Shown piece by piece: positions 1-12,800 of a stretch of 64,000 bases of DNA (position 1 is the first letter of the stretch; each line of letters opens with the position of its first letter). This DNA is from Aplysia californica. Taxonomy: Eukaryota. The translations under genes were made by a program, and so were the position numbers. Where the stretch lies: positions 1,562,618 to 1,626,617 of the forward strand of contig NW_004797332.1 of the NCBI RefSeq assembly GCF_000002075.1, written 5' to 3'. The notes beneath the pieces were generated by a model. The model was not told where the DNA came from and ran no database searches. It saw only the letters and a list, made by a program, of their open reading frames with translations.

Positions 1-626
1 GTATCGGTGGGTAGAGAGGGGTATGTGGGTGGGGAGGGGGGCATGGGCGTTGTTGGGGCAGGAGGGCAGAAAGGGGGAGGGGGGTGATGAGAAGGGAACA
101 ATATGAGATCTATGTGTATTTATATTTAAAGATTATTATTAAGTGTTTAAGTGTGCTATCAAAATTGGCCAAGATCGCCACTCATTGTGGAGGAGAAGAG
201 TGATTGTCTTAGACAGGTGGACATCTTGGACAATGTCATTTTAATTTTTAAAAATTTAATGCGATGTGAGAGTTGTTTGTACTTGTGATTGTCTTGTACC
301 GGTGGCCGTTAGTGCAGGTTTGACTGTCTATACATCAGCTATATATATATATATACAATATAAATATGTTTATACCTATATACGTAGCCCTACATACACA
401 CGCACATATATGAATATAAATCTGTGTGTATGTGTGTTTATATAATGTATAATATCTGTGTGTATGTGTCTGTGTGTGAGAGTAATAGAAACAGTGGCAC
501 TATGTGTACACATACTTGTGAGAGAAGGAGACTGATCAAGAGTAATAACGAATATTATTTTCCAGTCTCGAGAATGTATAACAAAAAGATCTACCTGTAC
601 TTGATTGTACTTTTGCTTAATTTTAG

Positions 627-809
627 GACACTGTGGCTGAGATGGAAGGTATCGGTGATGATATCGCGAGAGTACGAGAGAGCGGGGAGCAGCTGATGGA
701 AGCCCCGGAGTCAGAGAGCTACAAGGCCATGCAAGCTACGCTGACCATGTTGGAGGACCGATACAACAACCTCAAGACTATGGCTGACGACAAGGGCAGA
801 CAGTTACAG
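627..809 (+). CDS. SYNE1: nesprin exon w1 (DTVAEMEG..RQLQ)
   Basis: ttttag|GAC..CAG|gtaggg; phase 0/0. Confidence 0.85.
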
Positions 810-3800
810 GTAGGGCATGACGGATACAGATGGGGGCGGGGGAGAGGCTTATGGGATGTGTGTGTGTGTTTATACGATATATGTGAGGCATTGCGGGGAA
901 ATCAGGCGCTCTTCAAAATAATGAACTCAAATAAATGGGCATTTTTCTGGAAATTTTTTCTAATTTTCTTTTTTTGACTAAACACCATTTACGTCCTTTA
1001 AAAACACATTTCTGTGTGGATTTTTACTGAAAAACTATTGTAAAAGGCCCGAAAAATCTAAATTTTTTGTTTTGAAGGCCTCTCAAGCTATGGAAGTTTC
1101 CAAACTTCGGCGGCCATTTTCTCGCTAATGTTACCTCTGAAACCAGGAGACCCCTCCTCCTTCAATCGCAAGTATCTCGACTTCAATTCAACATAGGTGG
1201 ATTTTTTTTCACCAAAAGCATGACAAATGAACAGGCTTTAAAACGATACAAATAACCCCATATGCTCAAAAACTGACGAGCGCATGATTCCACCACGTCG
1301 TGCCACATATAATGTCCGTGTGCATGTGTCTGTGTGTGGAAGTAATAGCATCAGGGGCAGTCGAAAATGTCTAAGACTTCCACCCATTGTCGAATAGGAA
1401 AGTGGGTGTCTTAGTAACTGGCTTAGTCAGGTGGACATCTTACACCATGTAATTGTAATGTGAAAAAAAAAAGCAAAGGGTAATGAGAAGTGAGTGTCTG
1501 TGCAAGTAATTGTCTTATACAGGTGGCCTTTAGAGCAGGTTCAACTCTATTTTAGTGACACAAATACATGGTTAATGGCTTTGTCTCGAGAGAAAGTAAA
1601 GCTCAACAACCCCTCTCCCTTCCCTTAATGGCATATCTACTTGCTAGATGCTGCTTCACTGTTTTTTCTTGTTTTCCCTCTTTCATCAGAAATATCTGCT
1701 TGCCTGTACCACAACTGAATCCTCATATTATACAAAATCTTTATTCTTTTCTTTAAATTTGGTGCATAAAATATATTCTTGTAGCTTGAGACTTATGTTT
1801 TCATTCTGAAAGTGACAATGTTTGCATATATTTTAACTCTTTATCTGCGAGGGGAGTAAAACCACTATGCCTGGGTCCTTTTTTGGTACTAAATTTAAAA
1901 TTGAGAAAAGCGTCACTCAACTGGTCTTTAAATCAAAGCAAGTGAGTCGGTTTTGATATTTCTTCATATAATAAATTAAATCCTGATAAAAGAGACCTGT
2001 TTCGGCGATTGCCGAAAAGTAATTAGATGTGGAAGTCGTCAAAAAGGAATGTGCGCGAGACGCTGGCAGCAACTCACCGGCACAGCGGTTCCGACAGCGA
2101 GCCGCTGGGAGCGTTTTTGCCAGAGATATAAAGTTAAACTAAACTTGCTATGACTTGTAAAAGTTAAAGTTAAAGCATTTTCCTTTGTATTAATTGTTCT
2201 TTCCCTTTCCCTTTGTTGTCAGGAGGCCAAGAAAGACCAGGAGAAACACAACATCTCCCTGGCGGCCTACAAGAAACGTGTGGAGAAACTAGAGGAGTGG
2301 CTGGATGAGACAAAGGCCAGGCAGGCGGCACCGCTGCCTTCTGACAACCCTCGGGCTCTGCAGGCTCAGCTCGATGAAAACAGGGTAAGAAGTTCAGGCT
2401 GATCTGTTCCTTAACTTTTTATCTCCGAGGAAGGGTAAACTCACTATGCCGGGGGCCCTTTTTAGTACTCAATCTAAATATGACAAAAACGTCACTAAAC
2501 GGGTCATTAAATCAAAACAGCTGAACCTATTTAGTTAATTGTTCATCTAATGAATGAACTCCCGGTAAGTAATTTGGCGTCGAAGTCATCATAAATGAAT
2601 GTGCCCAAGCCGCTAACAGCGGCTCACCAGCACAGCAGTTCCGACCAAAAGCCACTGGGAGGGGTTTGCCGGAGATAAAAAAAAATTTTAATGTACAAAA
2701 TTTTATAGGTTTAGCACTTTTTGCATCACTGTAAGTTTATTTAAGAGGCAGGACCTCAGAATTCAATGTCCATCTCCAATAGGTCTGAGCCAAACGAGAA
2801 AATTTGTCCAAAGCACCTTTCCCAAAGATGCAACGTCGGACTGAGCTGAGCCTCAAAACCCCGAATCTACTATCTCACGATTAATGTTTTACTTTTGCAT
2901 TTAGCTGAAAAAAAAGTATATCAAAGGTGTTTCTGTTCAGTATCATATGATTATTGCAGTCTAAACATAATATAATGGCGTGCAACTGCTTGAAGCAGTT
3001 TATTCAAATACACAGTAGTCATTATTGCTGGTCTATGCTACACTGCTCCATGCCTTTTCTTTGGGATTAGAGTCTGGCTGGAGACTATGAAAAATTATGA
3101 AATTTTAATTTTCATCGGCTTTTATTTCAGGAAATCCAGGAAGAAATCAATGGCCATTTGCGACAGCTGTCTGACCTTGCCCTTCAGTGTGACACCCTGT
3201 GTGAGAACGAGGCCCCTGCTTCTGCAGAAAGACTGCGTAACCAACTGGTTCACCTACAGGTAAACATTTTCTGCTGTGTTTGACTTTCACTTGACAGATG
3301 ATCGGGAAGAAGGGCTATGGCAGGCAGGGTGGAATCTTGCTTCCTAATTATCTAAACTGTGTCAATGCAGGTGTAAAAACACGTACGTTTGAAAAGAAAA
3401 ACTCTGAGGGGGGGGGTTCCTGTACATCTTTAAAATGAAAAGGAATTTTTTTCCTTTATGTTTGGTGCAATATTGTAATGTCTGCTTTTCTTCTATCATA
3501 ATAATAATGAGAAGCCTGTAAAATCCAGCTGTAAAGGATTGTTGAGGGAAATTCTATGGCTTGTCTGGCTGGCTGATTTTGCTATGGAGGAGTTTGGGTC
3601 TGTTTACAGAAATGACTTCAGTTGTGTTGAAATAGTAGGTCATAATCAGGTACCCAGAAAGGACTCCAGAATTTTTGTTTACCACAAGCATAGACTGAGC
3701 AAACCAATGTCGATGGTGTAGTGGTTTAACACTTCGCTGTTGCACGCAGGAGACTCGAGTTCGATTCCGAAGTGAGGAGAAATTTTTATCCAGTATCTCG

Positions 3801-6800
3801 GTCTTTCCACTGGGATCATGTATCCCTCTTGGTGTGGCTTGCCCGAACACTAGGCAGGGTCAAAAGCTTGCCTCCTTAATTATCTAAATTGTATGGACGG
3901 AGGTTTAAAACCACCCACATTGAAAGAAATTTTTTTTAAAGACTGAGTAACACTCTTCCTTTCCCACAGACGGAGCTGGGCCAGTTCAAACTCGTGACGA
4001 TAGAGAAGCAGGCACAGCTGCGGGTTGCCATCAAAGAAGCTGAGAAACGTCAACGAGAGATGGCGGAACACGACTCGAGCGTACAGCGGCTGCAACAGTG
4101 GATGACTGACACAAAAGAGTTGACCAAAGCTGCTGGTCAGTCTACTATCAGTATGACTGGTTCTCAACAAGACATCCACAAGGTAAGTACGGTCAAACTT
4201 GCTCTAACGGCCACCTGTCCCTCTAACGGCCACCTGTCCAAGACAATCATCTGTACAAATGAACACTTCCCACTTCCTCCCTTGCAGTTTTTATTATTAT
4301 TATAATGGCACTGTCCAAGAAGTCCACCTGTCTAAGGCAACCACTTTTCACCTTGACAATGAGTAGCAGTCTGACTTTTTTTTACTGTACTTTCAAATGC
4401 AAAATTAACCCTCAATTCACCTTTATCCATTTTGTCAGTATTTACAATATTGTGGGGGTGACCCCAGACGCAAATCGGCACGTACATGTGCTTGTCTGTA
4501 GTTGCACTTTTGCAAAAGGATGATATTTGTCTTAGGCCATAAAAATCCATCTTACACATTTGAAAATCCAAAGGATGTATAAAATAGGAGTTGACTGCAC
4601 CACAAAGCCAACCTAGAAGCATTTGTGTTTCTTCAGCCAACGAAATATTTGTAATCTTCATTCATTTTCCTACAGCAAGATTTCAAAAACAAGCTCTTGA
4701 TCCTGATGGGATTTTATTTCATTGTTATTCCTCAGGAGTTGGCAACAGACATCAAACAGCACAAGCAGCTCGTTCGCCAAATCAGCGACCGAGGACTGCG
4801 ATCGGCAGCACCGGGCTCTGCTTTAGCTAAGTCGTCTGATGCGGAGATCCGACAGAGCTGGGAGCGACTTCATTCAGAGCTGGAGAAGAAGAAAAAGAAC
4901 CTGGAGACGATTCTCAGGACACGAAAACCTGGGGTAAGGCTTTGGTTTTTTAAGTCTTTTTTGTGATGGAGATGGAAATATAAGAATGATAATGTTATGC
5001 ACCTGACAGTCTGCAACACTGCATGTCATCTCTGATACTGGGATTTATATTGTGAATGTTCCTGAGGATGCCCGTTGAGGGCGAAACATTGAACTTTGGA
5101 TAAAATATTTTTTGGAAACACTACCAGGTCTTAACTGTTTTAATATCTGCTTTATACTGGGATGTCAATTATGATCCCACACTATGAACCGTGGTATGTA
5201 GCTTTAGTTTTGATATCATACAAAGCACTGAATAATTAAATCATCAAGGAGTATGTCTCAATATGGATATATTTTGTTTGACCATGAGATCACGCCAAAA
5301 GGAACAAAGTAATTGGTCTTCAAACTTGAAAAATGTTGATGTAATATTAAGTTTCTATTGAAGTTAATCGAAACCAATATCAACTGAAGTTCAGCTGGAG
5401 AGCTCTTGTTGGTTGCCTATACTCCGGTACAGGTCTTGAAAGTCTGATGATGATGATATCAACTAATGAATATGCCGCAACGTCTTTATTACAGGAACTA
5501 GTGAAGATCTCCCTACATGCTCCGGCTCACCATGCAGACTCTGCTCGGCAGTTACAAGAGGTCAAGGCCATCATGGGTGACTTAGGGGAGTGCTGGAATG
5601 ACCTTCAAGGTCAACTGGAGGTCAAGCAGCTGCACCTTGATGAGGCTTTGACTTTCCAGCAGCAGTACCAGGTATGTCTTTTTTGTGATTGAATTGTTAC
5701 CTTATTAAGGAGATTTTCAAGATGGTTATTGCACCATATCTCTTACACTATGTGTACATCCTAACTATTCCTCCGAACTCCCTTTTTGAAAAAAAATTTT
5801 TGATTGCCAGTTCTTATTTGAGACATGCTGATCAGAAGATTTCATTTTTGAAATAATCTAAATGGACTGAAAGATATCAGGTCAGATCTGATCTGTCTGT
5901 CAAAATTCCTTCGTCCATCCAGGGTCCTTTTTCACTGCACATTATATAAGCTTGGAGGAAGAGGATGTTTCCTGTATTCTTTCTCTTCCCTGAGAAAACA
6001 TGTGTAAAGACTCTTTACGCAAATTTCTCTCACTTCATAAAGGTGAAGCTGCATATAGACAGCGTAAGATCTTGTCAGTTTGTTAGTGTTTGAACGATCA
6101 ATCAGCTGCTTGCACTGTATACTTCCTGGGAAATAGTGAAGAATACTTCTGGATGTTCCAGGGTTTACTGGAGGTAATGATATAGATTGTAATACGCATA
6201 GAGCTTACTGTCGAGTGGGGATCATATGTGCTATACAAATGCCTACTAATCTTTATTATTGATATATTATTCTTATTATACACCAATCTGTTTTTCTCTC
6301 TCTTCCCTTATTATGTTATCATTATTCCCCAGTCCGCACTTCAGAACGTCTCAGGCTGGCTGGATCTGGCTCAACAACAGCTGTTTACTGTACCGGCCAC
6401 CACTGAGGAGCACATCCGGCAAAATGAGGTGTGTGGGCACTTTTTAGAGATTATTTATTCATAAAATAAAGAAGAGATTGTTGGAAATAAATAATTTTTT
6501 TCTGATTATGCTGCAGTAACAGGTAAGCAGCTGACATTTAACACAAATAGATCTAGATCAGGATTTCTGTAGCTGCTTTGTGTGAGGATACAGGACCTTT
6601 ATTATCAATAAAGTAGTATACGAGTAGTTGGCAGGTACTTTGGTGTGGTTTACTCCTTCTTTTCTATGAAACATCTATAATCCTTATCTCTCCTCCTCCT
6701 TTTCTTTGTATATTACTAACTAGTATCACTTCTAATCTTCAGGTCATATATGATCTTATTGTGTTTCAAGAGTCCAAGAGTGTACTTAAACTGACTAAAA

Positions 6801-9800
6801 TATTATTATAATAATTCTACTTATGATATTTAAAATGCTGTGGTTAAAAACCTGACGTCAAAATCCCAGATTTTGCAAGTTATCTCTCAATGGTCATATA
6901 CTTTGTTGATTACAGAAGTTGCAGAAGGAGATTCGATCCTTGCAGGCCGAAGTCACATCTATGAGCGAACAGGCAGAAGACTTGCTCACATCCACGGGCT
7001 CCGCTAACCGCGAGCTGGTGGAGAAATGCCTGAACAGCCTGTACGAGAGGGTTCGAATCATGGAAGAAACTGCCCAGTCCCAAGCGGAGGACCTTCGTAG
7101 CGCTGACCGCCAGTGGCGGCAGTACAGAGACCAGGTCAACGAGCTGAAGCAGCGACTGCAAGACACACAGAAACTGGTGCTGGCCCCGAGCTCCACGCAG
7201 TCCTTGGATCAGCTCATGTCCAATAATCAGGTCAGCTTTGCTCTCTTGTTTTAAGCCCTCCTTTCAACTGAAGTTTGGGTTATCAAAGTACATTGACGTT
7301 TGAATTAATGTGTATTTCTGATAAGAGATCTTTTACCTCTCCATCTCTCTCTCTCACTCTTTTCCCTCTCACTTTTTTCCCTCTCTCTCTTTCTTTCTCT
7401 TTTTCTCTTTCTCTCTCTCTCTCTATCCCTGTCTCTCTCTCTGTCACTGTCTCTCAATCTTTTTCTTTCTCTCCTATTGTCTCTCTATCTCTTTCTCTCT
7501 CTTTTTCTCTCCCTGTCTCTTTGNNNNNNNNNNNNNNNNNNNNNNNNNNNNNNNNNNNNNNNNNNNNNNNNNNNNNNNNNNNNNNNNNNNNNNNNNNNNN
7601 NNNNNNNNNNNNNNNNNNNNNNNNNNNNNNNNNNNNNNNNNNNNNNNNNNNNNNNNNNNNNNNNNNNNNNNNNNNNNNNNNNNNNNNNNNNNNNNNNNNN
7701 NNNNNNNNNNNNNNNNNNNNNNNNNNNNNNNNNNNNNNNNNTGTGTCATGATGCTCACCATCCATTCATTTCGTCTTCTAGAAAATTGAGGTTCAACTCA
7801 AGAAGTGTGAGAGCCAGCTGGAGGAGCTAAAGGGTCAAGAGTCCAGCCTGACCACTGCCTATCCTAAGGGCGTGTTTCCCTCGGAGCTTGCCACTCTGCA
7901 GGCCAACTACATGGAATTGCATCGACGGGTAAGGAATTTTTTTTGTTTGGTTTTGTTTGATCTGTCTCGTGGAAGTTTGAGATTTGAATGGAAGTGGGGT
8001 TTGGACTATTGTTTTCATCCTTCCCCTTTTATTTCCTCTGAACCCAACACCAGTTTCCTGAAGAAGGGGCGAGTGCTCTGCCTTTCAATTGACCTACATC
8101 GTAACTAGTAGTGTGTTAAACTTTAACGTCAGTAACAGCAACAAATAACAGAAGTTTGCTGTCCTTGTTCTGACTCAATGTTAGCTTTGACTGAACAGTG
8201 TCCTAAGTCAACCATGTTTTTTCACGTCTTTTTCACACTTTTAGTTCAAACATGTCTTTTTTTACACTCCAGATTCAACCATTTCTATTTAACACTTTCA
8301 ATTTTACCATGTCTTTTTCTCACTCTAAATTCAACCATGTGTTTTTCACACTCTAAATTCAACCATGTCTTTTTCACACTCTAAATTCAATCGTGTCTTT
8401 TTCACACTCTAAATTCAACCATGTCTTTCACTTGTGTTCCAGGCTATGGAGAAGAAGGCAAGCCTCCAGCGCTCTGTGTCAGTACAGGATCAGTACCAGA
8501 AGATGATCAAAGACTACTCCGAGTTCCTCGAGACTGCACAGGACAAACTGAAAACTGATGCCATCTCAGCCCGAGACCTGAACCATCTCAAACAACAGCT
8601 GACTGCACACAAGGTGAGTGATGTTTCTGTCGGAATATGGATTTGGGAATAATGCATCTTGTTTAGTGTTTGTGGGTTCTTGTTTTTTTAATGTAGGTAT
8701 TTTACGCTGCCGTTCAGGTGTTTGAATGTTGCTGTTGTTGACTTTTTGCGGCTGATCTTTTTGTTACAGTTACTGTTATGTACTTTGTGGCCCTGCAAGG
8801 TTGTTTGTATGTAAAGGATTACTTATAAGTTTGTCTAAGTTTGTTTCACTGTGAGAAATTAGTACATCTACTTAAGGTATCATTCCATCCATCTTTCTTT
8901 TTTCCCGCTCTTTCCTATGATTAGATACTAACTGCGAAAAGAAGCGCAAAAAATGTTATGTGGGTTTTATTTAGCACAAGCTCAAGGTTTATCAGTAATG
9001 AGGGAAACTGTTTTTGCTGATAAATTTTGTTTCCCTTCTAATGAAAAGACTTGTGGGTTTTTTTAAATCACCATTTGTTTTTACAATACATGAAGAGACA
9101 GTGAATTCTGTGTCCCCAGGACTTTTTCAGCGACCTTGAAGTCCACAAGGCAATGTTGGATGCTCTAGCTGGTCAGAGTGACCCGAAGACACGAGAGCAG
9201 CACCAGCAGCAACATTCATCGCTTAGCAACCTGACGCATGTACTTGTGGACCAGGCCAGTCTTCATGGACAGAGGTCAGTCATGTCCCCGTCTTGGTCTG
9301 GTGAAGAGTAGTCTGTAGTTTGTACTCTCTTTCAACCTTTTTACAGTCAAATTATGAGTTGTTGGCGGGTGTTTTGGAGTCGTTTCCTCCTTCTTCTTTT
9401 CTATCAAACATCTATCGTCCTTATCTCTCCTCCTTCTTTTCTCTCTAGTAACACCTCTAATCTTTGGCACTTACATGACCTAATTGTGTTGCAAGTACCA
9501 TACAGCTGGTACTAAAATGTAAAACCATCAAATTCACTTTGCTTGAGTCTTTACTTCAGGCTATACCCTGATTATGTCATTCTAGAGACAGAATATGTGG
9601 TGCTCTGGCAGAGGTTTGTTGGGTTTTTTACCCTTCAATTTCACGCAATTTCTCATTTTCTCAGACATGTCATTGTCGTAAAACACTCACTAAAACAAAA
9701 CAAAACATGTCATTGGTGTTTCTGCTACTTATGTAAAGTTCCTCGGGCTCACATGAAGAGGTAGGGATGTTGGTCACATTTATTGTTTCATTTTCACTGC

Positions 9801-12800
9801 TGCTGTTGCAACTATAGTCATATTCATTATCATAATTGTCTCTTCCTATTAAAATATCATAACTATCATTTTTATTATGATGTTAAGAATTCTGATGTTA
9901 ACTCATTTTATATAACCAGACTGGAAAGACTGACTCGCCAGTGGACAGAGATGGATGAGAAGCATGTACGTCTACAGAAGGTCATGACTTCTCTCGAGTC
10001 CCGCGTGCCTCGACCCATCGCCAGCGGAGACTCACTGACCACCATACAAGACAAACTGGCAAAGTAAGACCTTTCAGCTATTGGCCAATGGTTTTTTGTC
10101 TTTGAAGCTTAGATAACAGTGTTCTGCGTTTTTTGTGCTGCCTGCCTACTTGATGTTCCTTATTTATTTCTTTGAGGCATAGCACATTGACAGTCTTTGC
10201 AATCATGAAAATTATAGTTGAAAAGCTCATGTAAAATCTTGGTTATTGGAGGACTGGAACTTACTATCTCTTACAAGAGAGACAAACAGTTTACCTCTAA
10301 ACTTAACCTTTTAACAGTAACATTATAGTCAAATTTGTCTAAGACAGCCAGCAATTGTTGACAAGAAAAGTAGTTGTCTTAGACAGGTGGATGTCTTGGA
10401 CAGTGTCATTATAGCATAGGATAAAAAGCAAAGGGGGGAGTTGGAAGTGGTCGCTTGTACAGCAGATGATTGTCTTGGAGGGGTTCCCATTAGAACAGGT
10501 TCGACTTTATTTAGACCATGCAAGTGTTTCAGGATTTGAGCTTATTGCATGCTGGTAACTAACTACCTATGCAAACTAAGTATTTGAACTGAACTTGTAT
10601 TGTCTATTGTTCAGATACAAGCAACTCCAAGCAGAGCTGTGTGATGAAAGGAATGCTGTCTTTGAAGTGGTGGACAAAGGGAAGCAAATCTTGCACAGCG
10701 TCAACTGTCCCGCGCTGGAGAGCGCTGTCACCGACATGGCGGAGAAGTGGGTGTCGCTCAACACTGACCTCACACACGAGCTGAAGCGGTGAGTCCCTCA
10801 CATCTCTTTTCTGTTGGTGCCTTTGGAATTTAAGGAGGTTGTTATATCATGTCTGTGTGTGTTATCTGAGTGAAGGGCTCACACTCAGATAGTTGCTCAA
10901 TTGAAAAAGGAAGGGAAAGTAAGGTAGGTGTGTTTGTTTGGAGGGTGGGGTGCTGAGGTGTTGTTTTGTTTGGGGGGGTGGGTGGAGGTTTTGTTTGTTT
11001 TCCAATGAGGGGGGGGGAGAGATAGAATAAGGGGGCAAGAGAAGGTATGCGGAATTACTTTTCTTTTCTCTCCTCTTCCACAATATATGATTTGAATTAA
11101 AGCACTCGTTTGTAAGAAAGTTTTTTAAAAAATCATGTTTAAGGAATTCTTGTTACGTTTTCATGCTTTCCTTTGCTCATTTTGATATCTATTCTTGAGC
11201 AGTACTAAACTGTGGACAATAAGACTTTGGCCTAAATTTCAACCTGAGAAGTCAGTCCTCTGTTCAACTGATAAGATAAGAGCCGTTCGTTCTGTATACA
11301 ATGAAAGCGTGTGTCCTAGTCTTGATCACTAGACCATTCCGTTGCCAATGTGCTAGCTTTGTTTGTGTTCAGCCACTGTGCATTAATATTTACAACAGGA
11401 TGGAATTCACAGCTAAAACTGTCCATCTTTTTTTGTTAGGATAAGTGGTATTGGTCTGTAAATTGGCCTAGTCCATGGATAAGTCAGAAAAGATATGAGC
11501 AGCTCTTTCAAAATTGTCCAAAACTTTGCTTGTGCCAGGAAAGAAAATGTGCTTTTATGGAATGGAAAGACTTTCCAGATTCAAGAGGGTATCTGTACCT
11601 AGGTTGGTTCTATGAATAAGAAAATACAGCAAAAACATTAATATATAGCGGTATACATATGGGCCCACAGAAAGCAAGACTGTAAACCTGCTATGCCCGT
11701 ATATAATATGCTCAATAGGATTTAGTCTTTAAAAAAAGAGGAATTTGATTTTGAGTGAAATCTGAAATTAATCATTTCAGCTTTGGAATTGAGAGAATGA
11801 TCTTTAATGTGTTTATGCTAGAGTTTTGTTGTGGTTCAGAGTCTAGACCATATGAAAGTATGAATTCGATCCAGCCATCTTTTGTTCAATTGGATTTTTT
11901 TAAGTTATGTGTATTCATCTCAGTTCTTTCAAAGGCCATCTATCTGGACTAATCTTTCCTCTTGTTTGGAGCTTGCCTGGTAGCCTTTAGGGCCTACTAC
12001 TGCTATGCCCTTTTGCATATGGACAGACAATCTTAAAACAGCATGTATGGTACATCTTTGACTGGGCAGTAGACACAGAAGAAGTAGCTGTCCCAAATTT
12101 TACTTCCCTCCCTAAACAGATCTAGACTTCCTTGACATGCTCCAAAAGAGAGACATGGTATTATATGTTTGGAATCAAGAAAGGTGTAAGGATGCTTCTT
12201 ACTATTTTACAGGTGTGAGAGGGATATTTTTATGGGAGATTCTGAATTTTGAATTTTACTTAGGGTATAGCATTCTCCATTTATACAGTTTTTATCGTGG
12301 CCGTTAAAAACTATATTTGATCTACACTCAGGACGGAGACCCTGGGTGACCAGTTGTCCATATTTGAGAAGGAGGCTGCAGTGTTGACCTCATGGCTCAG
12401 TGCCGCCAAGATGAAGTTGACCAGCTTCAAGCAACTCTCCGCCACAGATCTGCAGAATATTGCAGCTATACGGACAAAGGTGGAGAAAGTTCTGGTATGT
12501 ATGATAGTGTTTCATATGTTAAACTCTTTCTAGAGATGCATCCACGATAGATCTGTGACTTACCCTCTTTTTATTTAAATGTAGCCCCTTAATAACTACA
12601 TTCTGAAAGAGGTATTTTGGAATTGAGGGATATGATTTGTAAAGTTCTTGTACTACTCTTCAAGTTGGTGTCTAATTTATCAAGTCTGTTTCTGATAACG
12701 AATGCATTGACTTGGTCTATGTATGTGTCTCTCTTGTTATAGACTAACACTAATATATTGTGAACTTTTAAAAATGGAAGTTGCGTATTTTACTGAAATC

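Noticed and set aside
3706-3780. tRNA gene
   Set aside because: A/B boxes are present but there is no complete cloverleaf, and it continues into a repeated body: a SINE head.
7275-7830. ORFs spanning N-runs (also 38137-38880 and 63561-63866)
   Set aside because: Open only because of assembly gaps and simple repeats.
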